NCBI GenBank assembly: GCA_951406725.2
Contig: OX597820.1
Location: 125,674,001 to 125,738,000 of the forward strand
Direction of reading: 5' to 3'
DNA from: Octopus vulgaris
Taxonomy: Eukaryota
DNA length: 64,000 nt
Shown here: positions 27,270 through 40,719 of the stretch, one piece after another
How positions within the stretch are numbered: position 1 is the first letter of the stretch
How the letters are laid out: every line of letters starts with the position of its first letter
The notes under the pieces: model-generated
What the model was told of the DNA's origin: nothing
The model's input: only the letters and a program-made list of their open reading frames with translations
The model's database searches: none
Program-made: the position numbers and the translations under genes

Positions 27270-28200
27270 TATTATTGATTTACTTCTCAGAGCGCTCGGT
27301 CTCGTTTGCTCTGGTTGAATTCCTGAGAGTGGACAATAGCCTGTACTCAGAGGTTTTTGAGGGTCTGTTTCTGCACAATATATGCTTTGATACTCGGCTG
27401 TTAATTATCGTGGAAGACATTCAACGACCGAGTAGTAATATCAAAATCCTAGCTATCCACAGCAGTGCAGTTTTTTGGCGATTGTCCTGCTCTCATATCA
27501 ATTGCAATATCTATAATCTTGGTTTCCTTTTTTCATCTACTATATTATCTGGTCTCCGAGCATCGATTAGGGAGTCACACTGTAGTGTATAATCCTACGA
27601 TACCTTATATTCTTTGTTCTCGGTGACTCCTGGTTCATGTTCGTACTATTTCCGTGCTCTGTCCAGGCCACACTTTTCACATACCCTCCAGTGAAGAAAC
27701 TTGGCCACGTTATCCTGCCTCTTTTTGTAGAGCTTTTGGGCCAGCATTCTACACTTACTCACAATATTTGAGATTGTTCCGTTTTTACTCCCAAGCATCC
27801 TAGAAAGAGGCGATTCACTGATCTTAGTTATTTGGAACTTGGTGTAATAAGTTCTCAGAGCTGCGTATGAAGGCCTCAGTTCATCATTTCAGATCACTTT
27901 TTCTTAGCCATTTCCAAGTGTTGGTCTTATACTTTTCTCAGATTTCTCTGAGGCATTGACCATACAGTGATTTAATTTTCCAATTGATTACTTTTTCTTT
28001 TTCATCTTATTTCTTAAATGTTTGTGGATGCATCACATTCTCGGTAGGTAGTGTATTGCGTATTCCAACAGTCGCAAGCAAGGATACGCTCTACTGTTTG
28101 ATCTACAACTCAGAAGGCTTTTCTCGTTGACAACACTGGTCTTGCATCCCATTAGACCTCTTCCTTCTCTGTTCTTAGACACTGGGATAACATATACGAA
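27270..28200 (-). mobile_element. Non-LTR retrotransposon 3' fragment with zinc knuckle and restriction-like endonuclease (R4/NeSL-like)
   Basis: REGRGLMG; TISNIVSKCRMLAQKLYKKRQDNVAKFLHWRVCEKCG; YEHEP; DYTLQCDSLIDARRPDNIV (RHD and RPD-type motifs). Confidence 0.85.
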
Positions 28201-28219
28201 GCCCAATACACAATGATGA

Positions 28220-28665
28220 CTACCATTTAGATAAGTCTAAACCAGGCACATGCATCACAACCATATGTCCGTGACATGGTGATTTCATATCAAGAACAAT
28301 AGCGTATGACTTTGCAGGTGGGGCCCAGTTAGAACTTTCTTTAGGTCGAGTAGCCCATCCCGCTCAAAAGGACCCTGAATAAACCTTGTTCAAGGTTGTT
28401 GAACAAGACACCCATGCTTCCAAAATTGAATTACCGAAACCCCAAAGAATTTCTCCCAACACATGGCTATGATGCTCCCCAACTACTTCTGCTCGTGATC
28501 AAAGATGCACATATTGTCAGCCACTAAGGGATAATCTCAACTGGTTAAGGTCAAACAACTGACAATCACATCGGTGGTATTGTGAATATTTGCAGTAGCC
28601 CAAGACAAAGCAATGTACATGATAATACTTCCAATCAATTACGATCAGAAACCATGGGAGCTAGT
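28220..28665. repeat. Common cephalopod interspersed repeat (class uncertain)
   Basis: Recognised from memory by motifs such as ctcaactggttaaggtcaaacaactgac and aatgtacatgataa.acttccaatca. There is one copy here, so this is not verifiable within the window. Confidence 0.45.
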
Positions 28666-31074
28666 GCATCTATTATTATTATTATTATTATTATTATCAT
28701 TATCATCATCATCATCATCGTCATCGTCGTCATCATCGTCTTTGTTGTTGTAGTTGATGTTTATTTTTATTTTTCTCATTTTTGGGAACAGTCGAGTTTA
28801 TTTCAGATATTCTCCTTTTAAAGATCATCTCTGATTTATCATTGAGAGGACGTTGGTGTTGCCTTGGCAGAGATTTGTGCTCTCTGACTGCTCTTGTTAC
28901 TATTATTATGCACTTATATATATATGTGTGTGTGTGAGTGTGTGTGGGTGTGGATGCGTGTGTGTGTGTGTTTATGTGCGATGTTTGTTTGTGTGAGTGC
29001 ATGTGCGTCTTCGTGTATTTGTGTGATCGACAGGCCTCCGATTTTGTCGATGAATTTCGATAAAAAATGTCTTGATTGACATAATCAGAAGTGACTCTCT
29101 CTTCTCCAGTGATTCCTCTTCTCCAGTTGAGTATTAATTTTTAGTTCTCCTGTAGTTTCTCTAGCCAATATAGCATGTGTATTACTGGATATATATTATA
29201 ATTCCTCATAATGACCTTCGTGAGTTAAGTGTCTTTTTCAGATGATCATAGCAGAGGTTTTGTTTTTTGTTCTAACGTCATTTCTAGGTTGTCTTCTCGT
29301 TTTAACTTGACAAAATAATTTCTTTTCTTTTTTTGCACGCTATATAATTTTCAAATTATCTCACAACAAATGCATTATTTTTCTGTGCTACTTATACTTA
29401 CCAGATAATATTTATGACTGTTAAATTTGGATTCATTGAATAACATGTACCGCAGGTACCACAGTTGGATTGTTAAAGCAGTGAGCAGGATCGAACCCGC
29501 ATCGCACATCTTCCTGCATTCTGTTTCGACGATGATCTTACTATCTTGACTAACTTTATGGCTCTGAAGGTCGCATTTGCATCCCGATATCAAATCCTAT
29601 TTTTCGATTTTATCGAAACTAATTGGCTTCAGTTTTATGGGTATTTTCATATAAAGACATTTTTAAATGTGCCTTGCGCAGAGAGCTCCTCCAAGTCAGT
29701 TTGTAACTAGATGCTACAATTTTAAAAACAACCGATGTGTTGATGTTCATGCATTGCAATACCTCAGAACTACATAGATAAACATACATGCTTCTGTAAT
29801 TTACGTATAATGTCATCTCAGAAATACTACTTTATATCATTAGTAACTAACGGTGTGAACATTATTTTGTATATAACTTGTGCGTAAATAAAAGATTTAG
29901 GACACTGAGAGGTTTGTGAGACATATGTGTGACTATTAAGAATTTGAGTAAAGCTTTCACATCGTAAGTTATTTGCTACTCAAAGGATTTCATGATTTGT
30001 ACGAATCCAATCATTCGCTTACAGAGTAATCTATTCTATGCATTTAAATCACTCAGCAAGTTGTTATTTCTCACTAGTGTGTGCTAAAGTGATCACTTCA
30101 AAAGTAACCAGCTATCAAACGCATCTGACAACTTACTTAAAGCGAATGGAATGAAATTAATTTGAATCATTCACAAGGAATAAAAGTCGGTGACATGATT
30201 TGAACTGTTCAGTTCGTGACCCTCAGAAAGCGTCCATTGCTCTTTTGTATGTCAAACTTGGGGTTGTTAAAAATTCACATCGTTAAAGTAAGAGGTAATT
30301 CGAAAAACCGAATCAAATAGTCTAGAAATGATTTCCAAAGCATTATTGAAACTCTGATTGATCTGCGATTTCGAATAGTGTTAAATCAACCTGAAAATGC
30401 ATCGTATGGCAATATTGTAGATATTATTATTCTGAAATAGTGGATTACTTTACTGTCCCCTGCTGGATCACAATGTGGAATACAATATGACATAACGGTT
30501 TATGTCAATTTGAAATTACGAAAATGTATATTAACAATAATGTTCAAGAGTGTTCATCAGCATATTTCTATCATGGAAAACATTACTAAGAAAAACGAGC
30601 ATCCATAACGCTCAATAGCAAACGGTAACCTCCTGAAATGAAATAGCCGAGGCACAGTATCTCTGAAATTCTAACCAAAGAAAATTGGAAAATGAATATT
30701 TAGCTTTTCGATAATATTTTAAAGAAATTTTTGTCTATAGTTTGTTAGAGATTAAACTTCAAGTTATTCAAAAACACCACTTCATATGGATATGAAACTA
30801 ACCATATTTGTTTTGAACACAATGAATACGATGATAATCATGTAATTTCTCACTTACAACTGGGAAACACCTTTTTCATGTTACCTGCTATAAGTGGTGA
30901 CACATGCTCACACAAACTTGCACACATACGCCCACACACATATGCACACACACACACTCCGTTCCAGCGATGGTTTGAATCTGTAGTCGTCGAAACAGCA
31001 TTCTATCTTCTGACTTTCCGAAGCCTAAATTCTCAAGGCCCATATATATATATAATGATAGATCGCTAGCCACT

Positions 31075-31237
31075 ACACATTCTGTATTTTCTCTCTTTGT
31101 TTTTTTCTGTGTTCCTTTCTGTGGAAGAGCGTAGGCTCGAAACGTTAAAGACTTTTTCATTTCACAAGCGTTATACTAATACATCTGTTTGCTTTCTAAA
31201 CCACGTGTCTTCGTCTTTTGTTTCTTTGCGAATTCTC

Positions 31238-31240
<3 letters not shown>
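31075..31240 (+). mobile_element. PLE pLTR fragment with hammerhead-like motif (31115-31150)
   Basis: CUUU-CUGUGGA-A-GAGC-guag-GCUC-GAAACGUU-AAAG, followed by (TA)n. Confidence 0.65.
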
Positions 31241-31333
<93 letters not shown>

Positions 31334-31429
31334 ACACACATATATATATGTATGTACGCATGTATAGATGCAGAAAGCATCGCATCCCGTACGTCCGCGG
31401 TTGTGATGGGTCTTTCACAACATACCGCC

Positions 31430-31705
31430 TCTCTTGCTGAGTATGTATTTATAGATGGAAGGAGTCGTCACTTTTGAGACAGCACGTATTCAGCATGAAG
31501 AACTTAAGCGTGCTGCTCGACAGCGCACTGCTGCTGTAGTAAAGGAGGAAAGCTTGGTTTGCAATGTTTCCTGTCGTGTATGCTTGTCATGACCATTAAC
31601 CACCAACTGAGACGCAAATGCAAAATATAAGTTACTCCTAGAACGCACAATGTTCCTGAACGTCAGTTATAGTCTTCCTCGGTCACGAGTGGACGGTCAT
31701 CAGAT
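31430..31705 (+). mobile_element. RTE-type LINE 3' fragment
   Basis: [23 protein letters not shown]...LVCNVSCRVCLS resembles the RTE C-terminus with a terminal zinc finger. A short UTR and a (TATG)n tract follow. Confidence 0.65.
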
Positions 31706-32430
31706 ATGCATGTATGTATGTATGTATATTGTTATTAGCGAGGCCGACGCATGTTTCTTTAGTCTCTGCGAATAGGGCATCTCAGGGGCTATAAAACAAT
31801 GATCAAGTTTACTTTGCATCTAGGAAGAAGCTGTGCACATTATTCGGAAGAGCAACCTCATTCAAAACACAGCGCTAACGCTAAATTATTAAAATACACA
31901 GTGGAAAATCTAAACTAATATATACTAAAAGACGAGGTAATATATATTAAATAAACTAGGAGACAGCCACCCCAAGGTTGTTGCTTTTTCTAATCAAAAC
32001 AATATTTCACAGAACATATATAACATAAATACATTGCTGAGAAAAATGGCATATTTAAATATAGGATGTCGGGAAAGAGAGAAAACTTATGAAAAATAAA
32101 TGAATGTTTGTGTGAAAGAAAAGATTGTAATAAGACAAGCAAAGAAGCAGATAATTATATAATTGGGACACAGTATAAACATTTACATGCAGAAACACAA
32201 ACATACACAAAATTTGTAATTCACAATTCCACCTATACTCACGCAGAAAGCACAAACGCGTATATATATATATGTGTTTTTGAGCGCTCGTCTGTGCGTG
32301 TATATATATATATATACATACATGTGTGTGTTTGTATATACGCCCATAACATATATGTTTATATATAATGCATATAATATATTGATATATATGCATATAT
32401 ATATACATATATATATATACATGTATATAT

Positions 32431-32497
<67 letters not shown>

Positions 32498-32507
32498 TAT
32501 ACATACA

Positions 32508-32538
<31 letters not shown>

Positions 32539-33167
32539 GTAAATGTATATGTGTGTGTGCGTGTATGTATGTATTTATTTATGCATGCATATTAGTTTTG
32601 ACTTGAAGACTCGTTCAGCAGTTTATCAGTAATGTACGTTTTTGTTTTTGTTCTTTTCTTCTCCTTGTCAAATCATTAGAGTGCTATGCCAAAGGCAAAA
32701 ATGAATTATTGATACTTGTACGCTAATCATGTGTTTGCTTTAATGTATCGTATTCCGCAGACTATTGTACAATAGGTATTGTATTCTTTGAAATTTGCGT
32801 TGTTCTTTTTTACGTAGTTAGCAAGAGAAAAGTGGAAAATAGAAAGTATTGTTTCATATTTTAGGGGAGATATACTCGTACTATATAGAAAAATATCGAC
32901 ACACTTAAGTACATGCGCTCATGTACTATGAATACATATATGTGTGTATATACATATATATACTGAGAGATAGAGAAAGACAAAAGAATAGATAGGCGGT
33001 GGGAGATATAATACATAAATACACATATATCCGTATTTGTACGTATTTGTAAATATGCTTACAAGCCTATTTAATTATACATAGGTTATATATTTAAATA
33101 TATATGTATATTTATTTACATACATTCCAGCAGACTAACACGGACAAACGTATGCACACACACACAT

Positions 33168-33246
<79 letters not shown>

Positions 33247-34166
33247 CTTGTATGTAGAGAATGAGCACTCCTCCCGATATCTTAAAGTAGCCTAATTCTC
33301 GAAATTTAGAGCAACAACTTTAGTTGTTTTACAATTCACAACTGCTTTTTTTGTTTGTTAGCTTTTTTGCGTGTTTGTCTTATTTCCGTTTACAACAAAC
33401 CCATAAATGAACAACAATGTCACTGAAAAAATATTTTACCCGAAATATCTGTTATCGGGTTCAGATTACAAATTCCCCAATGTTTGCTGTAATTTTAAAT
33501 TTAGAAACTTCTATGCAGCATTTTGATGGAAATATTCGTGTTAATATAACAGTTCGTGGATTCGAATAGCCATCATTGAATGTCATACGTGTATGCGTTT
33601 ATTCAGCTATGTTTTTATCTGCAGCTGTTTTTATGTAGACAAGCAGTCAACACTTACAATATGCCTTTTAAAATGTAACATTAAATATAAATTTCACGTG
33701 GATAATTGATAGACACTTTGTCTTTCTATTTCCTTTGCAAGACACTTGATGTGAATTCGTATGTTGAAACAAATCTTGTTGGGTCTTAATAACCATTAAT
33801 ATCCAAGCACTGGTTCAATATAACTTTTTGAAGAGAAATTCATTGAAGAGGCCTCGGATAGCGACGAAAGGATTTTGACTGACAAACAACCGATTCATTT
33901 TTATCCAGCAAATTAAACAACGATGCGTGTGTTATTATTATCGGTATGAGGACCCTTCCAGGACAGGATAATAATAGAATTGATGGATAATCGGACAAGA
34001 AAATGTTTCGTCTACTTTGAATATGTGAAGTAACGAGTACCTCTTTTAAAAATCTTGCTTAATATATTGATTTTCTTCAGTTCTATATTTAAGAGATGAG
34101 GAATTATGTATATTATTTGCATTATTTACATTTGACGGATATTTGTCCTCTTCTTGTTTGTTGTTA

Positions 34167-34210
34167 ACACAACGTTTCGGCTGATATAGCCCCCAGCCTT
34201 CATCAGGTGT
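34167..34210 (-). ncRNA. Minimal type I hammerhead ribozyme motif, canonical core
   Basis: ACAC-CUGAUGA-A-GGCUG-10 nt loop-CAGCC-GAAACGUU-GUGU. Stem I is 4 bp, stem II is 5 bp, and palindromic AACGUU allows a dimeric stem III. Confidence 0.8.
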
Positions 34211-34478
34211 CCTGGGGAATTTTTGAAACTTGGTTCTCATTCCTAAGGTATATTTCGATGTTATTACTATTATTCTTTTCATTCTTCCTTCAAATTTTCT
34301 TCAGTTTCTCGCCGAGTGTTTTCCGTACACCTAGGGCACAGAAGCTCATTGTATGCATTCCCAGATTACACACGCAAATTCACAGGTAACATATGTATTT
34401 AATAAATTAATAAATTCATGAATGAATGCTGTTTTCAGAGCGATAATACTCTTCTCAGTACATGAGTCGTTCCCCAAG

Positions 34479-34522
34479 ACACCTGATGAATGTTGGAGGA
34501 TATATCAGCCGAAAAGTTGTGT
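34479..34522 (+). ncRNA. Decayed copy of the same hammerhead motif
   Basis: ACAC-CUGAUGA-A-uguug..CAGCC-GAAAAGUU-GUGU. Confidence 0.65.
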
Positions 34523-36539
34523 TAACAACAAACAAAATGAGGACATATTCCCGTCAAATGTAAATAATGTAAATAATGTATTGATTTTCTTGTTTAAGAT
34601 TATGTGGCTTTCATATTTCTGTCAGGGCAAGATGCTGTGAACTAGTAATTACAAACCGAGCTTAAATATTCAAATCTATCTTTATCTGTGATTTTTATTC
34701 AGCAGAAAATTAGGTTGGTGAAATAGCTGGAGGAAGTTTTCAAAACGGTGACCTAGAAGAACGCTTACAACAGTGGTTCCTTCCCCGATGTTATTGAAGG
34801 AGCCAGCTGGCCATTCTGAACCGTAAAACGTAATTAGTTTGCTGGCCTAATAGATCATGATGGAATTCGAAATCAAGCAAACTTCGGGAGCAAATACCAC
34901 CAATCTGTCTCCCATGATGAGTACTTTCTTGTTAACCGCGGAAAGATAAAAAGTGATGTGAACCATGGTGACGTTTGAACGCAAAACGCCGGGACAATAT
35001 GTGGCATTTTATCTAACGCTCTAAGCACTCTTCTAATTCACAGACATTATTCAATAGATGCTTTATTTTGAAAGATAAGCTAATATACTGTGATTTCATG
35101 TCTTTCACTCAATCATTTATTCCTTACCCGTGCAATTACAAGTGAACAAACAAAGCAGTATGATATCGGACACAATAGTTTTGTAGTGCATCCTTCCATC
35201 TATGACTAATTTTGCAGCCGAAAATTACTGCACATGCGGTTTTGTAAGGATCAAAGGAATCGTAATTAAAGTAAATATCACCAATCAGTAATCAGATCTT
35301 GGTTGTGGTGTTTCGTTCTTTCCCCCAAATTCTACATGATGTATATTAGGTTGCAGAGAGCAGAGTCCCATTGCATAAATGTTATACATTTGAAAGCAAT
35401 TTTGTGGTTTATTTGAAGGAAAATTATTCTGAATTATTTGAATGCATTACAGAAATGGTATTTCGAACAAAAGAATACATCTTGAAATAATATTTTGGAG
35501 ATTGCGCCACCAGTGTAATTCTAGAAATAATCTTTTATTAATTAACTTAAACATTATATTTAAGTTAATATTCCCACATTTAATCAGCTTTTTGCTGCAT
35601 TTTGACATTTCACCTTTTTTCACACTCTACAGTGGGAACATCATGATAAGTGTTTCGTCATTATAAACCAAGGCAACATGAAAATACAAATGCTAGGTAA
35701 ACATACGATATCGCCCAATTACTGTCGAGAATTTGGCATAACCTCTGTATACTAGAGATGTATATGATTTCGTTCGTCGTGGTCCTTATTATTGAATTAT
35801 ATTTATATTAAACTAGACTCAGAATTAACATTGGTGTTTGTCCAAGCTATAAAAGGATTCAATGTTTTGGTGTTCAGGAAGCAATTAAAGTTTCTCTCTC
35901 AACATCGTCTTGATCCATTTTGTTTGGCAATGGTATCGAAGGGAAGAAGATTGGAAGGTGCAATATTTATCATCCGTTCACATAGCATTACAAAGTATTT
36001 TAAATGAATGTAAAACGTCTCGAAAATTCTTGTATTCATCTAAAAATCTTAAGAAATCTGAAGAATTCTCTGCCGAGAATTACACTAATTAAAATGCTAC
36101 GACGAAAATGATATCGTATGTATGTGTATATATTAATTCAAAATATTGTCACTCGCACGCAGAGAAGCACTATGACACAAATGTCAACTTAACATATTCT
36201 AGCATATACGTCTAAGTTTTTTATCAATACCTTAGATTTTTTTGGCTTTCCTGAGAATTTTGTTTTACTTTTGTACAAATATCGTATATTTTTCGGAGTG
36301 GCCTTTCTTTATATATTTTTTATTTCAATTTGTCAAGATTAAATATTCAACCATCCTCGATAATGTATCAGCCAATTAAAGGAAAATCAGTTGTCTTTCC
36401 CTTCAATATCAATAATGTATTTACTTGGCTTAGGTGTTAACTCACTTCAGTGATTTGAATTTGGAAATTGATCCAATGTATTTTCACAAGTCTGAGATCT
36501 CTAAATCAGTAGGATCCATAAGGAAGATATTCTTCAATG

Positions 36540-37260
36540 AGCATTTCTACAAGTATCCACTGTAAATGTTTCAGTCCTTGTTTTTGAAGCTTTGTAGTGG
36601 TGAATTTATCCCTCTTTGCAATGTAGAGGTTGCACCTCCCGTCTATGATACCGTTTTATGAAAAAGTCGCCATATTGCAAATAATAGGTTGTTTCCTCTG
36701 ACGTCAGGTTTCCATATATACTGAAGCAAAGACATAGGCTCCATTACGTCTCTGAATTTGAAATCATATGTTGGCTGAGTATATCGGATTGTGAAGGCGC
36801 TTTCTGCGAAACCCAAATACGTTTACTTTTATACGTTAGCGTATTTGATTGGCATGTTCTACTGAGCTAAGAAATTAATGCATTTCTCCAGTTATATCAA
36901 AATCATTCGAGCAGTGTAACATTGCTGTCAGTTCAGTTATTGCAAGGAAGATTAGGACTATTTATATCTTGACAATCATAAATTTTCTCAGGCCATTTGT
37001 ATTATATATATGTGGTATTTGTGTGTGTAGGGGGCATTGTAACTAAAGAATATTTAGAGCTATATTATCTATTAATATTCTTTCTGGATTATATTATCGT
37101 CTGATTGTGCTGTCGTTTTATGATGAAGATTTAGTGTTCGTACGTTACCCACAGCTTATGAATGTTGATGTGTAATATTAGATGTGATTTAATACATGCA
37201 TATCTAGTGGTAATGGAAATTGCTCACTAAATGGATAATGTCCATCGAGCTGATATATAT
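36540..37260 (-). mobile_element. Penelope-like GIY-YIG endonuclease relic
   Basis: YLGFAESAFTIRYTQPTYDFKFRDVMEPMSLLQYIWK and GRCNLYIAKR, matching the PLE YIG..FK.RY..H..F / YIW / CNLC pattern. Confidence 0.8.
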
Positions 37261-37897
37261 TTCTAGTAAAACACAAGAGGCGAACCGAAAGAAAACAAAT
37301 TCAAAAACGGCATGCAGATATTCGAAACACATAGGTATATTGAAATCTAAAGAGATATTCAAAAATACATTATTGGACTAAAATTGCAGGGAGATTGAAA
37401 GCAGAAGAATATTTAAAGAAAGCGGAAAACTGAAATTCTCAAAACGCGAAAGAATGATTTACTAGTTTTCTGTATTCTACTGCTATCTAGACGATCGAAA
37501 TATATAGATACATATACACAAAGCAGAAACAGCATGTAACCGAGTTGTTTACACGAGATACATGTAGTGGGATGCATGTGTGCAGGAACTGAGGTGGTTG
37601 ATAGTAATAATTCAATTTTCAGCATAGTGTTCAACGGGCGGATATTTAGATTATTGAAGAAAAAAAAATGAGGATTATAAGATGTAAGATTCCATAATTC
37701 AAATGTAGCGTCACTTCAATGAAACACATGCTGATATAAACACTTTCTTTGCCAGACATGTCATAGTAACTCAACATTAATTCCACACGAATGAAATTTG
37801 AGAAAAAGTTATAAATCTTAAGGGAGAAGAAAACAAGAAGGAAAAATAACAATTTATATGTAGTTCACTTATAAAAATGTCTGTATCTCAATTTAAG

Positions 37898-37972
<75 letters not shown>

Positions 37973-38089
37973 ATATATGTATGTATGTATGTATGCTTCA
38001 ATGTATACATGCATGCACAAACACATACAAACATGTATATATATATATATATATATATATCGGCATGTACTTGTGCATAGTTATATATA

Positions 38090-38350
38090 TGTATATATAA
38101 AACTGAGGATCTGTGTGCCGGTTAGTATTTGTGCATCACTATAACTCGAGAATTACCCAACAGATTTCATTCAAATTTCACACAAACACTAATAAGTGTC
38201 CATGGAATGTTAAAATACTTTTCAACTTATTGCCTAATGCAAACCCAGAGCAATGTCTTAGACTGTTTAGGTATTACGGGTAAAAAATGAAACGATAACC
38301 ACTCTATTGTAATCTGAGATGATGTTGAAACTATTAAAAGTGAAAATATC
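38090..38350 (+). mobile_element. Helitron-like non-autonomous 5' fragment
   Basis: tatataaaactga..tgtgtg..ataactcgaga..acccaacagatttcattcaaatttcacac parallels the start of 7754-8274. Confidence 0.4.
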
Positions 38351-38387
38351 ATCCCACATTAGATATATACATGTACATGTATAAATA

Positions 38388-38426
<39 letters not shown>

Positions 38427-38509
38427 GTATATACATATATGTATGCATAGGTATATATAGTATGTGTATATATATATATATGTATGTATAGGTATATATA
38501 TTATGTATA

Positions 38510-38544
<35 letters not shown>

Positions 38545-38741
38545 CGCATATGTATGCATGTATAGATGTTTATATATAGATTTATATGTATATATATATA
38601 TATATATGTATGCATGTATATATATATGTATATGTATATATATATATGTATATGTATATATATAGATGCATGTGTATACATATAAATGAATAGGTATATC
38701 TATATACGCGTATACATAAATATACACATATATGTTTATAT

Positions 38742-39185
38742 GTGTCACTCCAACGACACCTTGAACGCTACATTATCTGTATGATGTGGAAAATATTACA
38801 TCAGCACTGTCCGAATGATGTTGGCATCACCTTCAAAATACATCCAAGTCTTGGACCACGTGCCATCCGTCCACAACAAAAATCAAAATCGCATCTCATA
38901 ACAACAATACGGCACAATTATTTCACCTCAATTGGACCCGCTCTCTTCAACATTACACCAGGACAAGTCCAAATAGAAACTGACCACACAAGATTCAAGA
39001 AGTCTTTGGACAAATTCCATCAAACAGTCCCGGACCACCCACCCACACCCGGATATGTCTCCGAAAACAATAATTAATTATCTGCTCGAATGGGCCTTGG
39101 TGCCCAAATCCTGAATTGAAAGACTACGCCAGGTGGTTCTATTAAGTTAGACATGGCCTGGACCAATACTGGCCAAAACCAAGAT
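38742..39185 (+). mobile_element. CR1/L2-group LINE 3' end
   Basis: [18 protein letters not shown]...NYFTSIGPALFNITP...FKKSLDKFHQTVPDHPPTPGY, followed by a short 3' UTR. Confidence 0.85.
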
Positions 39186-39609
39186 TTCGGCCTGTTAAAC
39201 TCAGTATCTCTCCACACGGTGGGCCGGCAGCAGCTGGACGTATTGCGTTTGAACCGGACTCATGACTGTTTTGTGGCCTTATACCCATTCACAAAAGGCC
39301 TGGTAATCCAGGCACTGACCTGAAGTGCTTTAAATACTAATCATCTCTCACATGACTCAGACTTTCCTGCTTGCAATATTTTTGACCATGCAGAAATCGC
39401 AGAGAGGTCATCGTCCATTGTAGACCACGCCTTATCAGATGCATGATGGTCCCAGCACTCCAACGATTTATCGGCTTTCACCGAGCGATTATCAGTTACC
39501 GGCTTCAAAACACACTTCATCTTTGTTTGATGGATATTCCTTCCTTTCACAGACTCGAAGATTCGCCTATATCCACTACACACCAAGTGGTTTCATCATA
39601 GCCTTTATC

Positions 39610-40480
39610 CAATAAACTGGTGAAAAAATCCATTTTCATTTTATAAATGTATTGAAACAAATGATATATGTTCTTTATTACATGGGAAAATTAAAATAAA
39701 TCGTGATATTTCAACTTCAGCACTGGTAATGTCAACCAGTTTCTTCAAACGGCCAGGGATGGAATGAACAACCATCCAAAGGACATCGTCTAGGATATCT
39801 TTGAGAACCATCTGAATCCAAGTCCTCCAGAGTTTGAGCTTTTGTCTTGTACACCTCATCTTGTGTGTGACTCCACAGATAAAAATCACACGGAGTGAGA
39901 TCTGGATTTCTGGGCGTTCTGGACGCATGGACTTCTGCGGTCACAGTCTTCAGGTTTTAGCCCCTGCACGTAAGGTGGTTTCCACGGACAACATTTCATT
40001 TCTTTATGCAACACCATACGTATAGTATGCGTTGTTAGTTCACTTTCACGAGCTGCTTGACCTGTTGAGTTTTGTGGGCAGCGATTAAACATTTCCTGAA
40101 CTGTTGTCACCTTGTCCGCTGATCGGGATGTGGCTGGACGGCCACTTTTAGCACCGTTCACGGAGCCCGTGGTCATCAGCGTTGCATAACAATATTTTAT
40201 TCTCTCCGAACGTAGAGTTGCATGCTTACCCTTCCATGCACGCCAACATCCCTGAACCAAAACTATAGAATTCCACAATTCATAGCATGCTGCTATCTTA
40301 GATCGCTCATGAACTATCAAGCGACCGCCCATCTGGTAAAATAAAAAAATAAGACAGTCAAAAAATTAAAAATCCCCATTAGTGTTGCCTGTTTTAAAAA
40401 TGTTTTCGTCCTGACTTCAGACATACTGAAAATTATATAAGCAATTTCTAATGCCCAGCTACTTTCCACCTACCCTGAAA
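39610..40480 (-). mobile_element. Tc1/mariner-superfamily (rosa/DUF4817-like) transposon, internally deleted
   Basis: N-terminal HTH region ..TTGSVNGAKSGRPATSRS..VQGLKPEDCDRR is joined directly to PRNPDLTPCDFYLWSHTQDEVYKTK. The minus-strand end cagggtagg lies at about 40477. Confidence 0.82.
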
Positions 40481-40719
40481 ATAGGTATCGATAAATAGGA
40501 ATATGCATACATATACATACATATACATACATATACATACATATATATATATACACACACGCACACTAACACACATTAGTAATTATTTGTACTTTGGGTG
40601 TATGTCTATTAGTACTCCGATTACAGATCTTTCACAGTTTAGACTACCTATTATCATCTACGATTATGATATAACTGTCACTGAATTTACGTCAAGAATA
40701 TTGCAGTGTTCTTTGAGTT

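Larger units (their letters stand above)
34115..34580. repeat. Inverted pair of PLE pLTR-like units (34115-34219 minus, 34470-34580 plus)
   Basis: Both read ttcccca.gacacctgatgaa.g.tgg.gg.tatatcagccgaaa.gttgtgttaacaacaaacaa.a.gaggaca.at..ccgtcaaatgtaaataatg. Confidence 0.9.
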
